From the NCBI GenBank assembly GCA_965279515.1, contig CBDIID010000003.1, positions 1,376,001-1,440,000 on the forward strand: 64,000 bases of DNA. Direction: 5' to 3'. The stretch is from Turneriella sp. (lineage in GTDB: Bacteria; Spirochaetota; Leptospiria; Turneriellales; Turneriellaceae). Numbering within the stretch: the stretch's first letter is position 1; the number at the start of each line of letters is the position of its first letter. Shown in pieces: positions 36,311 through 46,017 of this stretch. Both the position numbers and the translations under genes were made by a program. The notes below the pieces were generated by a model that was given only the letters and a program-made list of their open reading frames with translations, ran no database searches and was not told the DNA's origin.

Positions 36311-38170
36311 ATGAAAACCTTGAAGATATTAGCTGGTTTGCTTGCATATGCAACCGTTCTATTGCAGTGTGGCAAAACCAAAAATACTGAAGCCGCCGCC
36401 ATTATTGAAACTGTCAGGGGTATATTTAAGAACGTCGATCAACGGGATTGGAAAAGTTTAGAATCCTTTTTGTCCCCGGCGGTCACCTTCGATTATACTT
36501 CGCTCGGAGGCGGTTTACCCTCGGTTGAGACCCCCACGTCGATTATCGCAAAATGGCAAGCGTTCCTCCCCGGTTTTTACAGTACGCACCACCAGCTCGG
36601 AAATTTTCGCGTAAAGGCCGACAATCTCGAGGGCAGCGCGGGCTTTTCAGGGCTTGCGCTGCACTATCTGCCGCAACCAGACAGAAAGAATATCTGGGTT
36701 GTTACCGGTACCTATGAATTCAGCGCCGTGAAAAGCTCCGAGGGTCTCTGGCAGATCAACGGCATGAAGTTCATTGTAAAACACCAGGCAGGTAATTCCG
36801 CGCTGGTGAAGCAGGCCAGAGAAAATGCTGCGCGAAAGAAGATTCCGGAAAAGGCTGGTGTCAATCCTGCGCTGGTAAAAACAGCCGACGCCTTTTTTGC
36901 CGCACTCGAAGAATTGAATATCAGCAAATTCATCGAACTATGGCAGAAAGACGGCAAACAAATTATGCCGCTCTCCCCTGAGGGATTTCCCAAAGAGCTA
37001 AGAGGTACGATTGCTATACGGAAACAATACGCCGGTCTTCCGGATAATTTCCATTCCATGAAATTCTCGCGGATGTATTTCGCGACCGCGGACGCAGACA
37101 GGATCATCGTTCAATACGGCGGAGAAATAGCACTCAAGTCGGGTGGAGAATATAACAATAATTATGTGGCGGTTATGCAAATCCGCGACGGGAAAGTAGC
37201 GGAATTCACCGAGTATTTCGATCCTGATATTCTCAGCGCGGCCTTCGGTGCGAAACTCGGCCCGAACTTCTCGGTCGAAACGCCCTTGCGTAAAGTCAGC
37301 TTCAAGAGCCGCGGAAAAAATCTTTTCGGTCATCTGCATCTGCCGCCGGATTTCTCAGAGAAGCAAAAATATGCCGGCGTTATCGTTACCGGCAGCTGGA
37401 CCACAGTCAAGGAGCAGATGCCTGATCTCTACGCGCGTAAACTGTCGCGGAACGGCTATGCCGTCCTGACTTTCGATTTCAGAAATTACGGAGAAAGTGA
37501 GGGGAAACCGCGCGACTTTGAGGAGCCGCACCGCAAGGCCGAGGATATCCAAAGCGCCGTTTCATATCTGAAGTCGTTACCTTTTATCGGCCCGGATATC
37601 GGCGGCCTGGCAGTCTGCGCCAGCGCAGGTTATATGGCCGAAGCGCTCGCGCAAGGCGTGACACTGCAACGCGTCGTCTTCGTAGCACCTTGGTTGCATA
37701 ACCAGCAGCTTGCTGCCCAGGTTTACGGCGGCGAAAAGGGAATTCTAGACCGGCTTAAAAAGGGCGACGAAGCAAAAAAGGAGTTCCTGAAGTCGGGTAA
37801 GACCGAGTATGTCGTTGCCGCAAGCGACACGGATTCGTCGGCCGCCATGTTCGGTCCCTTTGATTATTATCTGAACCCGAAACGCGGGAAAATTCCCGAG
37901 TGGGGCAACCGGTTTGCCTTGATGGCATGGCGCGAGTGGTTGACATACAACCCCATTGCCTATGCAGAGAGAATCACGACGCCAATACTGATTATTCACA
38001 GCAAAGAAGCGGCGATTCCCGAAGGTGCTGTGCTATTCTACAATTCACTGCGCGGAAAAAAAGAATTCCACTGGCTGTCGAAGGCAAACCAGTTTGACTT
38101 CTACGACAATGAATCTGTGACAAACCAATCGGTCGCGCTCGCCGAAACATGGCTACGCCGGCGGCAGTAA
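36311..38170 (+). CDS. Lipoprotein: two SnoaL/NTF2-like domains + alpha/beta hydrolase
   Basis: Lipobox LLQC; DYTSL.GG...THHQLGN; YNNNY...EYFDP; VKEQM, FDFRNYGESEG.PR, AVCASAG. Confidence 0.78.
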   Translation: MKTLKILAGLLAYATVLLQCGKTKNTEAAAIIETVRGIFKNVDQRDWKSLESFLSPAVTFDYTSLGGGLPSVETPTSIIAKWQAFLPGFYSTHHQLGNFRVKADNLEGSAGFSGLALHYLPQPDRKNIWVVTGTYEFSAVKSSEGLWQINGMKFIVKHQAGNSALVKQARENAARKKIPEKAGVNPALVKTADAFFAALEELNISKFIELWQKDGKQIMPLSPEGFPKELRGTIAIRKQYAGLPDNFHSMKFSRMYFATADADRIIVQYGGEIALKSGGEYNNNYVAVMQIRDGKVAEFTEYFDPDILSAAFGAKLGPNFSVETPLRKVSFKSRGKNLFGHLHLPPDFSEKQKYAGVIVTGSWTTVKEQMPDLYARKLSRNGYAVLTFDFRNYGESEGKPRDFEEPHRKAEDIQSAVSYLKSLPFIGPDIGGLAVCASAGYMAEALAQGVTLQRVVFVAPWLHNQQLAAQVYGGEKGILDRLKKGDEAKKEFLKSGKTEYVVAASDTDSSAAMFGPFDYYLNPKRGKIPEWGNRFALMAWREWLTYNPIAYAERITTPILIIHSKEAAIPEGAVLFYNSLRGKKEFHWLSKANQFDFYDNESVTNQSVALAETWLRRRQ

Positions 38171-38193
38171 ACAAAATCTTAAAATCGGCGAGG

Positions 38194-39891
38194 CTATTTC
38201 AGGCGCACTGCCGTTAGCCCGTTGAGAATCCTGTCAATTTCATAGGTGATTTCTTTGATCTTTGCCGTACTTTTATTACATAGCAGAATGATGGCATCCC
38301 CCCCCTTCAGTTGCAACCAATTCATCGAATGATAGCCGCCGAAATTGCCGTCGTGGTAAATCACGCCGCGTTTGGGGTAAACATACCAACCCGGGGCATA
38401 TTCGGTTTCCTTCGTTTCAACCTTCGCCAGTGGTCGGATTAACCCTTTCCATTGCGCGGCGCTGAGCAGTTTTTTCTCCAATAGGGCCTGGTCGAAGCGC
38501 GCGATGTCGTCGAGGGTTGAGTACATTCCCCCCGCGCCGCTCGTCTTAAATGCATATTGAAACTTTTTTCCCTCAGCGTCGAGAGCCGGTATGGTATTCG
38601 CGGGATCCGTTTCTGCCGCAAAAAAACTCGCAGTCATTGCAGCAGGTGTGAAGATATTCTCGCGCACGAAGGCGGTGAATTCCTGGCCCGAAACTCGGGC
38701 GACAATCTCTGCGAGCAGCACATAGTTTGAATTCGCGTAATGGAATTTTACCCCCGGGCGGGTGAGCGGCTTCACTTGCGTCGCGAGAGCAGCGAGCGCA
38801 TCGGCATTCGTAAAGCCGGGTGCGGCCTTAACGAGTTTGTAATAGTCCTCGAGGCCCGAGGTATGCGCGAGCAAATGTTTGACCTGCACACCCTTGAGCA
38901 AATGTTTCAGCCCGGGGAAAAACCGTGCGACCGGGGTCGTATACGCAAGTTTGTGCTTTGCCTCGAGCTGCGCCACCGCGACAGCGGTCAGCGATTTTGC
39001 CGCCGAGGCGAGATAGAGCGCGTCGTCGGGTTTCACTGCATCGCCGAATGACTTGCGAAACACGACCTCGCCGTTGCGGATCACCAACGCATTGCCGTTG
39101 AATTCGCCTTTTTTATGGTACGCGGAAAGCAGATAGTCCAGGCGTGTCGGTATTTCGCCGCCGTCATACTTTGACTTGAGATTGAGATCAGCGAGTTGCG
39201 CGCGTAAGGGCTGCATGAATGATTCGCCGGGGTCGATTTTATCCGTGCGGTACTTGGTGTCTTTCTCTTCCCAGAGCGGTGTCTTTTCAAAACCGCGGTA
39301 CTCCGCATGCGCAATGAGATAGCGGATCGGGAATTTTTTCACGAGATGGCGCACGATGTAGGCGTTGGCATCGACCTGCGCCTTGGTGAGAGATTTTTCG
39401 TCCTTGCCGACGTTTTCGATACCGATGGCGTGGCGGTTGAGGCCAATCACATGACGGCCGATATGGTTCTCGGGCATGAGACGGTAGATCTCGCCGCCCT
39501 TGCCGACGAGAAACTGCACCGCGATGTTTGCGCCGCCGGCCTTTTTGAGAAGGCCCCTGCCCGACTCCATCTCTTCATTATTCATATATTTGAAAGAAAC
39601 CTCGAGCGAATCCATCGCCGTGTAATGAGACACCACCATCACAGGCAGCATCTCGAGTGAGTCGATCTCGCGGTCATAACGGTTGTTGATATATTTAATC
39701 GTTTCATCGGCCCGCCACTTCGAGAATGAGATTGGGCGGTCTTTAATCGGATCGGATTTACACGCGGCCAAACAAATCACAAAGAAAACCGGAAAATAAG
39801 AAACAAAACGGCAGAGACCGCAAAGTTTCGCAAAGGAAAAATACAAGCGGACTCTTTGCGAAACTTCGTTCCCTTTGCGGTCTACCCTCAT
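38194..39891 (-). CDS. Lipoprotein: Amidase_2 (N-acetylmuramoyl-L-alanine amidase) fused to beta-lactamase-family serine hydrolase
   Basis: SHYTA, IGIENVG, AHAE, KIDPG; then SAAK (SxxK), YAN, HDG; lipobox LAAC; ATGA-coupled. Confidence 0.85.
   Translation of the reverse strand: MRVDRKGNEVSQRVRLYFSFAKLCGLCRFVSYFPVFFVICLAACKSDPIKDRPISFSKWRADETIKYINNRYDREIDSLEMLPVMVVSHYTAMDSLEVSFKYMNNEEMESGRGLLKKAGGANIAVQFLVGKGGEIYRLMPENHIGRHVIGLNRHAIGIENVGKDEKSLTKAQVDANAYIVRHLVKKFPIRYLIAHAEYRGFEKTPLWEEKDTKYRTDKIDPGESFMQPLRAQLADLNLKSKYDGGEIPTRLDYLLSAYHKKGEFNGNALVIRNGEVVFRKSFGDAVKPDDALYLASAAKSLTAVAVAQLEAKHKLAYTTPVARFFPGLKHLLKGVQVKHLLAHTSGLEDYYKLVKAAPGFTNADALAALATQVKPLTRPGVKFHYANSNYVLLAEIVARVSGQEFTAFVRENIFTPAAMTASFFAAETDPANTIPALDAEGKKFQYAFKTSGAGGMYSTLDDIARFDQALLEKKLLSAAQWKGLIRPLAKVETKETEYAPGWYVYPKRGVIYHDGNFGGYHSMNWLQLKGGDAIILLCNKSTAKIKEITYEIDRILNGLTAVRLK
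39815..39883. repeat. CGCAAAG-type palindromic element within the signal-peptide coding region
   Basis: AAGTTTCGCAAAG (39823-35)/CTTTGCGAAACTT (39854-66) and AGACCGCAAAG (39815-25)/CTTTGCGGTCT (39873-83), both perfect. Confidence 0.75.
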
Positions 39892-41360
39892 TTTTCTCCA
39901 ATCGACGAAACCAACGCTTCAAGCACACCATCGCGACTCGCCAGAAAATCTGCCACTGACTCTGTGAGTTCGACATCGGGCATGAGACCCCTGCCCGGTA
40001 TCTGTCCCTTGACAAGCGGTGCGAAGCGCACCCGCGCCAGCGGCACGTCGAAAAAAACCCCGGTTTCGGGCAGGCGGTAAGTAATCAGCGTTTCGGCGGC
40101 GTGTCCGTCGCCCGCACTACCGGTTTCAGAGCCGACAAGCACAACCTTCGGGTTTGCGATTTTTAAGAGCCGGGCAAAATAGACACCTGCAGAATACGTC
40201 GCACGGCCAATCAGTACATAGATCTTTTGAAAACGATGTATGTCAGCAAGCGGCTGGATGTCAATATAGCGTGCGCCGGCTTTTCTCGTTGCAAAATAAC
40301 CATCCTGCATGACATCCGAAAATTCTGTCTGCAGGTACTTTTCGAGCTTATCAAAATCGGCCGGCGAAGCGCGCTGGCCGTTGATGGCAAGGGCGAATTC
40401 GCGGTACGGTAAAAGACGCGTGTGCACACTGCTGTCGCTCTTATCGGTGACCGGGGCTTCGATGAACCAGGCGGAAGATGCCGCGGCGAGCGGCATGACA
40501 CCGCCGCGGTTTTGCCTCAGGTCGAGAATCAGCGTTGCGACGCCGCGGCGGCGCGACTCGTTGTTGAATTGCCCGAAATATTCCATCCATTTCTCGAATG
40601 ACTGAAAAGGCGTTCCCGAAGGCATGAACGAATTGATGGCAAAATACGCGAGCTTATGTTTGTCCATAAACATAGAATGCAGAACCGGCTTCATGTATTC
40701 GCGGTCCAGACTCATACGCTTCACCGGTGCCGGATTTACACCGGGATCAAAAGCGATTTCGACGGGCTTGGATGGATTTCCCTTGAGCAGGCGCAGCCGC
40801 CACGGCGCGGTATCCTTGCCGCTCAGGAAATACCAGCTCGAAAACTGCTCGCTGAGATAAAACGAATCCCAGGCAATCTCACCGCTTCTCGCGCGCGGAA
40901 ACTCTGCAAAACCTTCGGTGATTTCGGCAATGCTCTTGCCGTTGATATGCGTCAGCTCTGCGCCGAAGGGGATATCCTTCTCTTTGGCGTCGATGTAGGC
41001 ACGGCCGTCAAAAAATTTCAAAGGGAGCGGAAAAAATCTGGATTTAAGGCCGAAGTTTTCGATGACTTCGGGCGGAAAACCGATCATCGTATGATCGACA
41101 TGGATACGGCCATAGTAGGCAAGAATGCGGCCGATAAAACTGCCGAGCGAGACGAGATCGCCCCCGGCAAAAATGTCGGGCGCATCGCGCACCGGAATCT
41201 GTTTGAATGCAGTGGCGTGCGAGCGCGCGAAGATCGCATTCATGATCTTAAAATCACGCAGCGCTGCGTCGCCGGGAATTCCCGCTTTGACTGCATACGC
41301 CAAAGAGACCGCAGCGGCAAAAACCAGGACGCAGCGGCCGGTTTTTTGCAGCGCCTTCAT
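39888..41360 (-). CDS. S41-family peptidase
   Basis: PDZ-like GAELTHING, ILDLRQNRGG, TYSAG, VGSETG, GRGLMPD; signal peptide. Confidence 0.85.
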   Translation of the reverse strand: MKALQKTGRCVLVFAAAVSLAYAVKAGIPGDAALRDFKIMNAIFARSHATAFKQIPVRDAPDIFAGGDLVSLGSFIGRILAYYGRIHVDHTMIGFPPEVIENFGLKSRFFPLPLKFFDGRAYIDAKEKDIPFGAELTHINGKSIAEITEGFAEFPRARSGEIAWDSFYLSEQFSSWYFLSGKDTAPWRLRLLKGNPSKPVEIAFDPGVNPAPVKRMSLDREYMKPVLHSMFMDKHKLAYFAINSFMPSGTPFQSFEKWMEYFGQFNNESRRRGVATLILDLRQNRGGVMPLAAASSAWFIEAPVTDKSDSSVHTRLLPYREFALAINGQRASPADFDKLEKYLQTEFSDVMQDGYFATRKAGARYIDIQPLADIHRFQKIYVLIGRATYSAGVYFARLLKIANPKVVLVGSETGSAGDGHAAETLITYRLPETGVFFDVPLARVRFAPLVKGQIPGRGLMPDVELTESVADFLASRDGVLEALVSSIGEK

Positions 41361-42484
41361 ACCAACACCCGACGCAGGCGATTTCCGAAATGCAACATCA
41401 GCTCATAAGAAAAGCTGTGCGCGAGCTCGGCCCAGTATTCGAGCGACGGCAAACCTTCGCCCAAAAGGCGTATCGGCGTTTTGCCGCTGACGTTACCCAC
41501 GATAATCTGGTCCATAGTCACACGACCGCGCAGCGGGTGCTGACCGAAAACAATATTGTTCGACAGCGCGCGCGGTATGCCATCCGCATAACCCAAAGGC
41601 AACACGCCGACTTTTTCATGCTCACCCTCAACGTGGTAGAGCGAAGCATAAGAAATTCCCGCACCCTTTTCCAACGTGCGCACGGAAATCGGCGTCGCCA
41701 CAAGTTCAAGGCAGGGTTTCAGGTTAAAACGCCCGCTATATTTGATGCGGTCTTCTTCAGATTGATAATAGCCGTACGACAGAATTCCCGGACGAATGGC
41801 ATCGTGATGCGCCTCGGGAAAAAACGCCGCGTTGTATGAATTCGCGGCGTGCAGCAGAACGTTTGCGCGCGGAATATGGAGCGCCTGTAAAATTTCATGC
41901 GCAATTTTTTTGAAATCCTCATTTTGCGCCGGCGTATATCTCTCGGCTTCAGAGCCCGTATGAGGAAAATGTGTGAAAATACCGTCGACCCTGAGTTTGG
42001 GCGCGGCTGCGAGCGCAGAGATGAGAGTCGCAACATCTTTCTTTTGAATGCCGATGCGGCCCATACCGAGATCGAGTTTGATGTGGATACCCGCCGGATT
42101 CGAAGCGGCTTCAGAGAGTGCCTGCACCTGCCACAGGTCGGTGAGCGACGGTGTGATACCGTGCGCGATAATATCGCGAATGCCTTCGGGGAAAAATCCC
42201 CCGAGATTGATGACTGGTTTTTGCCAGCCCAGCCGGCGTAGCTCGACCGCCTCGGCGACATTCGCTACGCCCAGCAGATCGACCGGCGATGAGGTAAAAA
42301 ACGGAAACAGCGTTGCCACGCCGCAGCCATAAGCATTCGCCTTCACCGGAAGCAGGATTTTACTTTTGGGCGCGAGTTTTCTAAACTGTGCAAGGTTATG
42401 CTCGAGCGCAGAGCGGTGAATTCTGAGTTCGGGGTAAGGCCCATGCCCGTTGCCGGGGGGATCCGTGTCGCTTTTTCCGATCAT
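41357..42484 (-). CDS. alr: Alanine racemase
   Basis: PVKANAYG PLP-Lys, HIKLDLGMGRIG, RPG, GYADG, GRVTMDQ; ATG 42484 overlaps tadA stop. Confidence 0.93.
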   Translation of the reverse strand: MIGKSDTDPPGNGHGPYPELRIHRSALEHNLAQFRKLAPKSKILLPVKANAYGCGVATLFPFFTSSPVDLLGVANVAEAVELRRLGWQKPVINLGGFFPEGIRDIIAHGITPSLTDLWQVQALSEAASNPAGIHIKLDLGMGRIGIQKKDVATLISALAAAPKLRVDGIFTHFPHTGSEAERYTPAQNEDFKKIAHEILQALHIPRANVLLHAANSYNAAFFPEAHHDAIRPGILSYGYYQSEEDRIKYSGRFNLKPCLELVATPISVRTLEKGAGISYASLYHVEGEHEKVGVLPLGYADGIPRALSNNIVFGQHPLRGRVTMDQIIVGNVSGKTPIRLLGEGLPSLEYWAELAHSFSYELMLHFGNRLRRVLV

Positions 42485-42936
42485 TGCCTGCGCATCTGGA
42501 AAAAACGCCGCAGCAGCGACGAGGCATCCCACTCTTCGCTGCGGTGGCGGTAAAGCTGGGGTTTGTGGTTAACTTCCGGCAAAGCCAATAACGAGCGCAG
42601 GCCCGGCATACGCTCTTCTTCGGCAAGAAAATGCACCGAGGCGAGCCGCGACAGCACCACCGCGCCCGAACACATCATGCAGGGTTCGAGCGTCGTCACC
42701 AGATGGCAATCCGTCAGGCGTTCGTTTTTGAGCAGCAGCGAGGCCTTTTCAATCACTGAAAGTTCCGCGTGGCGCAGCGCATTCGACTGCTGCACGATGC
42801 GGTTGTGGTCGCGGGCGATGATTTCGTTGTTGTGTACGATGACCGCCCCGACGGGAACCTCGTTCTCGTTGAAGGCCATTTCGGCTTCGGCGAAGGCGAT
42901 GCCGAGAGCGGTACGTAGCAGTTGTTCATCCAGCAT
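42481..42936 (-). CDS. tadA: tRNA-specific adenosine deaminase
   Basis: EVPVGAV, HAE, TLEPCMMC, FF..RR C-terminus. Confidence 0.88.
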   Translation of the reverse strand: MLDEQLLRTALGIAFAEAEMAFNENEVPVGAVIVHNNEIIARDHNRIVQQSNALRHAELSVIEKASLLLKNERLTDCHLVTTLEPCMMCSGAVVLSRLASVHFLAEEERMPGLRSLLALPEVNHKPQLYRHRSEEWDASSLLRRFFQMRRQ

Positions 42937-42972
42937 TTGATATTTACGGTATAGACCCAATTTAGATTCTAA

Positions 42973-42983
42973 GACAACTTGTC
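42973..42983. promoter_or_regulatory. Short palindrome GACAA-C-TTGTC, possible TetR operator
   Basis: Between divergent tadA and the TetR gene. Confidence 0.4.
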
Positions 42984-42997
42984 CAATAAGGATACCT

Positions 42998-43606
42998 ATG
43001 CGCCAGGAAAAACGTAAAGAGCTGACCCGGGAAAAAATTCTGCAGGCTGCGAAACAGGTGTTCGCACAAAAGGGTTATGCCGGCACCTCGATCGCCGAAG
43101 TCGTCAAAAAAAGCAAACTGGCACGGGGCACCTTCTACCTGCACTTCCAGAGCGTCGAGCAGGTCTTAAATGCCCTGCTGCAAGAGATCTTCATCGACAT
43201 CCAGCGCTACCTGACCGACATGCAGGTTGAAGCGCTCGACCATAAGAATTTTAAACTACAGCTGGGCAATCTCGCCAAGTCGCTGCTCTCTGTTTTCCAG
43301 AACCATAAAGAGACGGTTATCCTGCTGCTGACAACCATGAATTCTGAGCCCAAGATCCGTACGCAGACAGTCTGGTTCCAGGAACTCATGCAGGCATCGA
43401 TCCGCGTCATGCTCGACCGCGGTGTATCCTCCGGGCGCCTCAAAAAATTCGACACCGAGCTGATGAGCTTTCTGGTTTCGGGGGGGCTCCGCGAAGTGCT
43501 GTCGCAGTGGCTACTCTATGGCCGTTACAGCAAAGATATTGAAAGTAAAGTCGACGAAATGATCGGCATCTATATGAACGGTGTAGAACTCGAAGAACAG
43601 GGATAA
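42998..43606 (+). CDS. TetR/AcrR-family regulator
   Basis: ILQAAKQVFAQKGY...ARGTFYLHF. Confidence 0.92.
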   Translation: MRQEKRKELTREKILQAAKQVFAQKGYAGTSIAEVVKKSKLARGTFYLHFQSVEQVLNALLQEIFIDIQRYLTDMQVEALDHKNFKLQLGNLAKSLLSVFQNHKETVILLLTTMNSEPKIRTQTVWFQELMQASIRVMLDRGVSSGRLKKFDTELMSFLVSGGLREVLSQWLLYGRYSKDIESKVDEMIGIYMNGVELEEQG

Positions 43607-43610
43607 TAAC

Positions 43611-44315
43611 ATGAATAAACTCATCTGGTTGATCGCGGCGCTGCTGACAGTTACCGCGTGCAAAGAAAAGACCGGGCCGAAACGCCACAATGAAATTCCG
43701 ATCAACCAGAAGATCGACGGTCTCATTAAAGAAGCAGGCGCCGCGACAGACGACAATAAGAAGGCCTCGCTCTACGGCGAAGTTTCAGAACTCTTCATCG
43801 ACAAAGGGGATTTCCGCCAGGCGATGCTGATGGCACGGCAGGGCGAAAAGGCCAACCCCACACAGAGGCAATGCCTGGCATCGATCGCCGAAGCGCAGAT
43901 TGCCGAGGGCAAACTGGCTGAAGCGGCGGTGACGCTCAAAGACGTTCTGCAACGCCACCCGACCTATGGCCGCGCACACTTCGTACAAGGCAACCTCTCG
44001 GCCAGCAACGGCGACTTTGCCGGCGCGCTGAAAAGTTATGCCGTCGCCGAAAAAGAGAAATTCAATGACCCGCGCCTTCTCATCAACATGGCCGGCGTTT
44101 CGCTGAAGGCGAAGAAGAATAAAGAAGCGATCAAAATCTACGAACGCGCGATCACTTTAAGCCCCGGGCTGGCAGAAGCTTATCTCGGCGCCGGCATTGC
44201 GTCACAGAAAGAGAATAAGAAGACCGATGCGAAGAAATATTTTGAAAAATACGTCGCACTCGCTCCCAACTCTTCGGAAGCAAGCCGCGTCAGAATCTGG
44301 CTGAAAGCGCTCTAA
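43611..44315 (+). CDS. TPR-repeat lipoprotein
   Basis: Lipobox VTAC; TPR-like helical repeats. Confidence 0.8.
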   Translation: MNKLIWLIAALLTVTACKEKTGPKRHNEIPINQKIDGLIKEAGAATDDNKKASLYGEVSELFIDKGDFRQAMLMARQGEKANPTQRQCLASIAEAQIAEGKLAEAAVTLKDVLQRHPTYGRAHFVQGNLSASNGDFAGALKSYAVAEKEKFNDPRLLINMAGVSLKAKKNKEAIKIYERAITLSPGLAEAYLGAGIASQKENKKTDAKKYFEKYVALAPNSSEASRVRIWLKAL

Positions 44316-44836
44316 GTCTTACCGGCTTTTTCCGCACGCCGCATCTCCAGGCTTTTCTGCAACGAGCTCGAGAGATCGGCGATTGCCGTTTTGATATCGC
44401 GGTTCTTCACGAGGTTCGCCGTGATGACCACCGATCCGGATTTCAGGTCGATAATTTTAACCGTAAAATACTTGAGTACGTCGCCCGATTTGTCTTCGAG
44501 CGCACCCGAGCCGATGACGATCGAATCGGCGCCGGCCATTTTACCGATTGCCACAGCCTGATCAGGGTCGACAAAACCCGACGCGCCGAGCTTCTGCTCT
44601 TTGATGAGTTTTTCAATTTCGGTACGTTCGACCACATCGTAGCCTAAACGCAGAAATTCGTGAATTAACAGGTCGGAGATTTTGTCGTTTTCGCGATAAC
44701 TCAGCCGATCCATTTTAAAGATGGCGATACGTTTGATGCCGTCGGGATCGACATGGCGTGAGATAACGACATCGATGCTGCTGCGGCACGAGAATACCAG
44801 CAAAGACAGGAAAACGACAAGGGCGCGCAACATCAT
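44312..44836 (-). CDS. CsgG/HfaB-like lipoprotein
   Basis: Lipobox VFSC; VVERTEIEKLIKEQKL..SG.VD...A..IGKMAGAD. Confidence 0.75.
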   Translation of the reverse strand: MMLRALVVFLSLLVFSCRSSIDVVISRHVDPDGIKRIAIFKMDRLSYRENDKISDLLIHEFLRLGYDVVERTEIEKLIKEQKLGASGFVDPDQAVAIGKMAGADSIVIGSGALEDKSGDVLKYFTVKIIDLKSGSVVITANLVKNRDIKTAIADLSSSLQKSLEMRRAEKAGKT

Positions 44837-46017
44837 TGGGGTACCAGCACAAAGCGCATCAGGTGCCGCGACGTCGCCGTAAGCCGTGGCCGAAACCCCG
44901 GGATGACGATTTTTTCCGCGGCTTCAGCCACGCGGGCAATATCGTCTGCAGTGACATCGGCTTCCAGAACAAGCATATCGGCGGAAAAATCCTCGCGGCG
45001 CACTTTGCGTATCGCCTTGAGTTTGCCCACCTCTTTTTCGAACGCACGCGCGACCGCGGCGTCTTTCACCCCTGAAACAAAGATTGTTGCCGGTCGTTTC
45101 AGGGAGGCCAGGCGCAACACCAGTTTCGCGACAAATTTTTCCGCGAGTTCATTAGCCGCGGTTTGGATGGCCTTCTTACCCGCGAGAACTTCAGAGGTGT
45201 GCAGCGTCGGCACCCGTGAATTGAGGCCGTCGGCGTGGATGATCTCACCGGTGTCGGCGAGAATCGCTTTCGCTTCGATGCGGGCATTACAACCCACCAA
45301 ACCCGACGCCAAACCACCCGAAGCATCGCTGGCGCGTTCGCTGAATGCCTCGCCGAGAATGACGATGTCGGCACCGGCTTTGAGGGCAAATTTTTTCATC
45401 GCCGGAATCGATGTGGGAATCGTGGTTTTGTTCTGCCGCATCGAGGCATAGACCTCGGGATCAATGGTCTTAAAACCCGCTTCGCTGAACTGGCGGATAA
45501 ATTCCGTTTCACCGGCAGGGTCCGGTGCAGCACTACGCAGGTGCACTTCGGGAATCACAACCATCACGCGCCACGAGCGCAGTATGCCGTTCTGGCGTAT
45601 CAGGTTCATGAGCGGCATCGGGCTCACAGCCACCTCGAGCGTCATCTTGTAGGTTTCAGCCTCTTTGCCCTCGGCGATTGTTCTTTTTATCACGGCAAGG
45701 CCACCGGCTTCAGAAACAATCTGGTTGTGTATCAGTGAAAAATTTTCAGTTTGCGCGCGCGAGGTGACGTAGTAGCCGATACCCTGCTCAACCGCAGCCA
45801 TCAACGCCGCCTGTTTCGCCGCTTCGCGCGCGGCGTCGACATCACCGCCTGCAATTTCCGCGCGGCCGGTGGCGACAATCACCACGTGTTCGGTCGCAGG
45901 TTTGTCTTGGGCGAAAACCTGTGGAATACATGAGAAGAGTATCAAAAAGACACCGAGAAAGCGCATACGGGAGACATCCCACGGCAAAGCCGATGACGTA
46001 CCCGCGTCGCGGGTCAT
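44833..46017 (-). CDS. Exported protein with FlgT N-terminal/LPP20-like domain
   Basis: Signal peptide; G.A......AREAA...AL..AVEQ..G..V.S. Confidence 0.6.
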   Translation of the reverse strand: MTRDAGTSSALPWDVSRMRFLGVFLILFSCIPQVFAQDKPATEHVVIVATGRAEIAGGDVDAAREAAKQAALMAAVEQGIGYYVTSRAQTENFSLIHNQIVSEAGGLAVIKRTIAEGKEAETYKMTLEVAVSPMPLMNLIRQNGILRSWRVMVVIPEVHLRSAAPDPAGETEFIRQFSEAGFKTIDPEVYASMRQNKTTIPTSIPAMKKFALKAGADIVILGEAFSERASDASGGLASGLVGCNARIEAKAILADTGEIIHADGLNSRVPTLHTSEVLAGKKAIQTAANELAEKFVAKLVLRLASLKRPATIFVSGVKDAAVARAFEKEVGKLKAIRKVRREDFSADMLVLEADVTADDIARVAEAAEKIVIPGFRPRLTATSRHLMRFVLVPQ

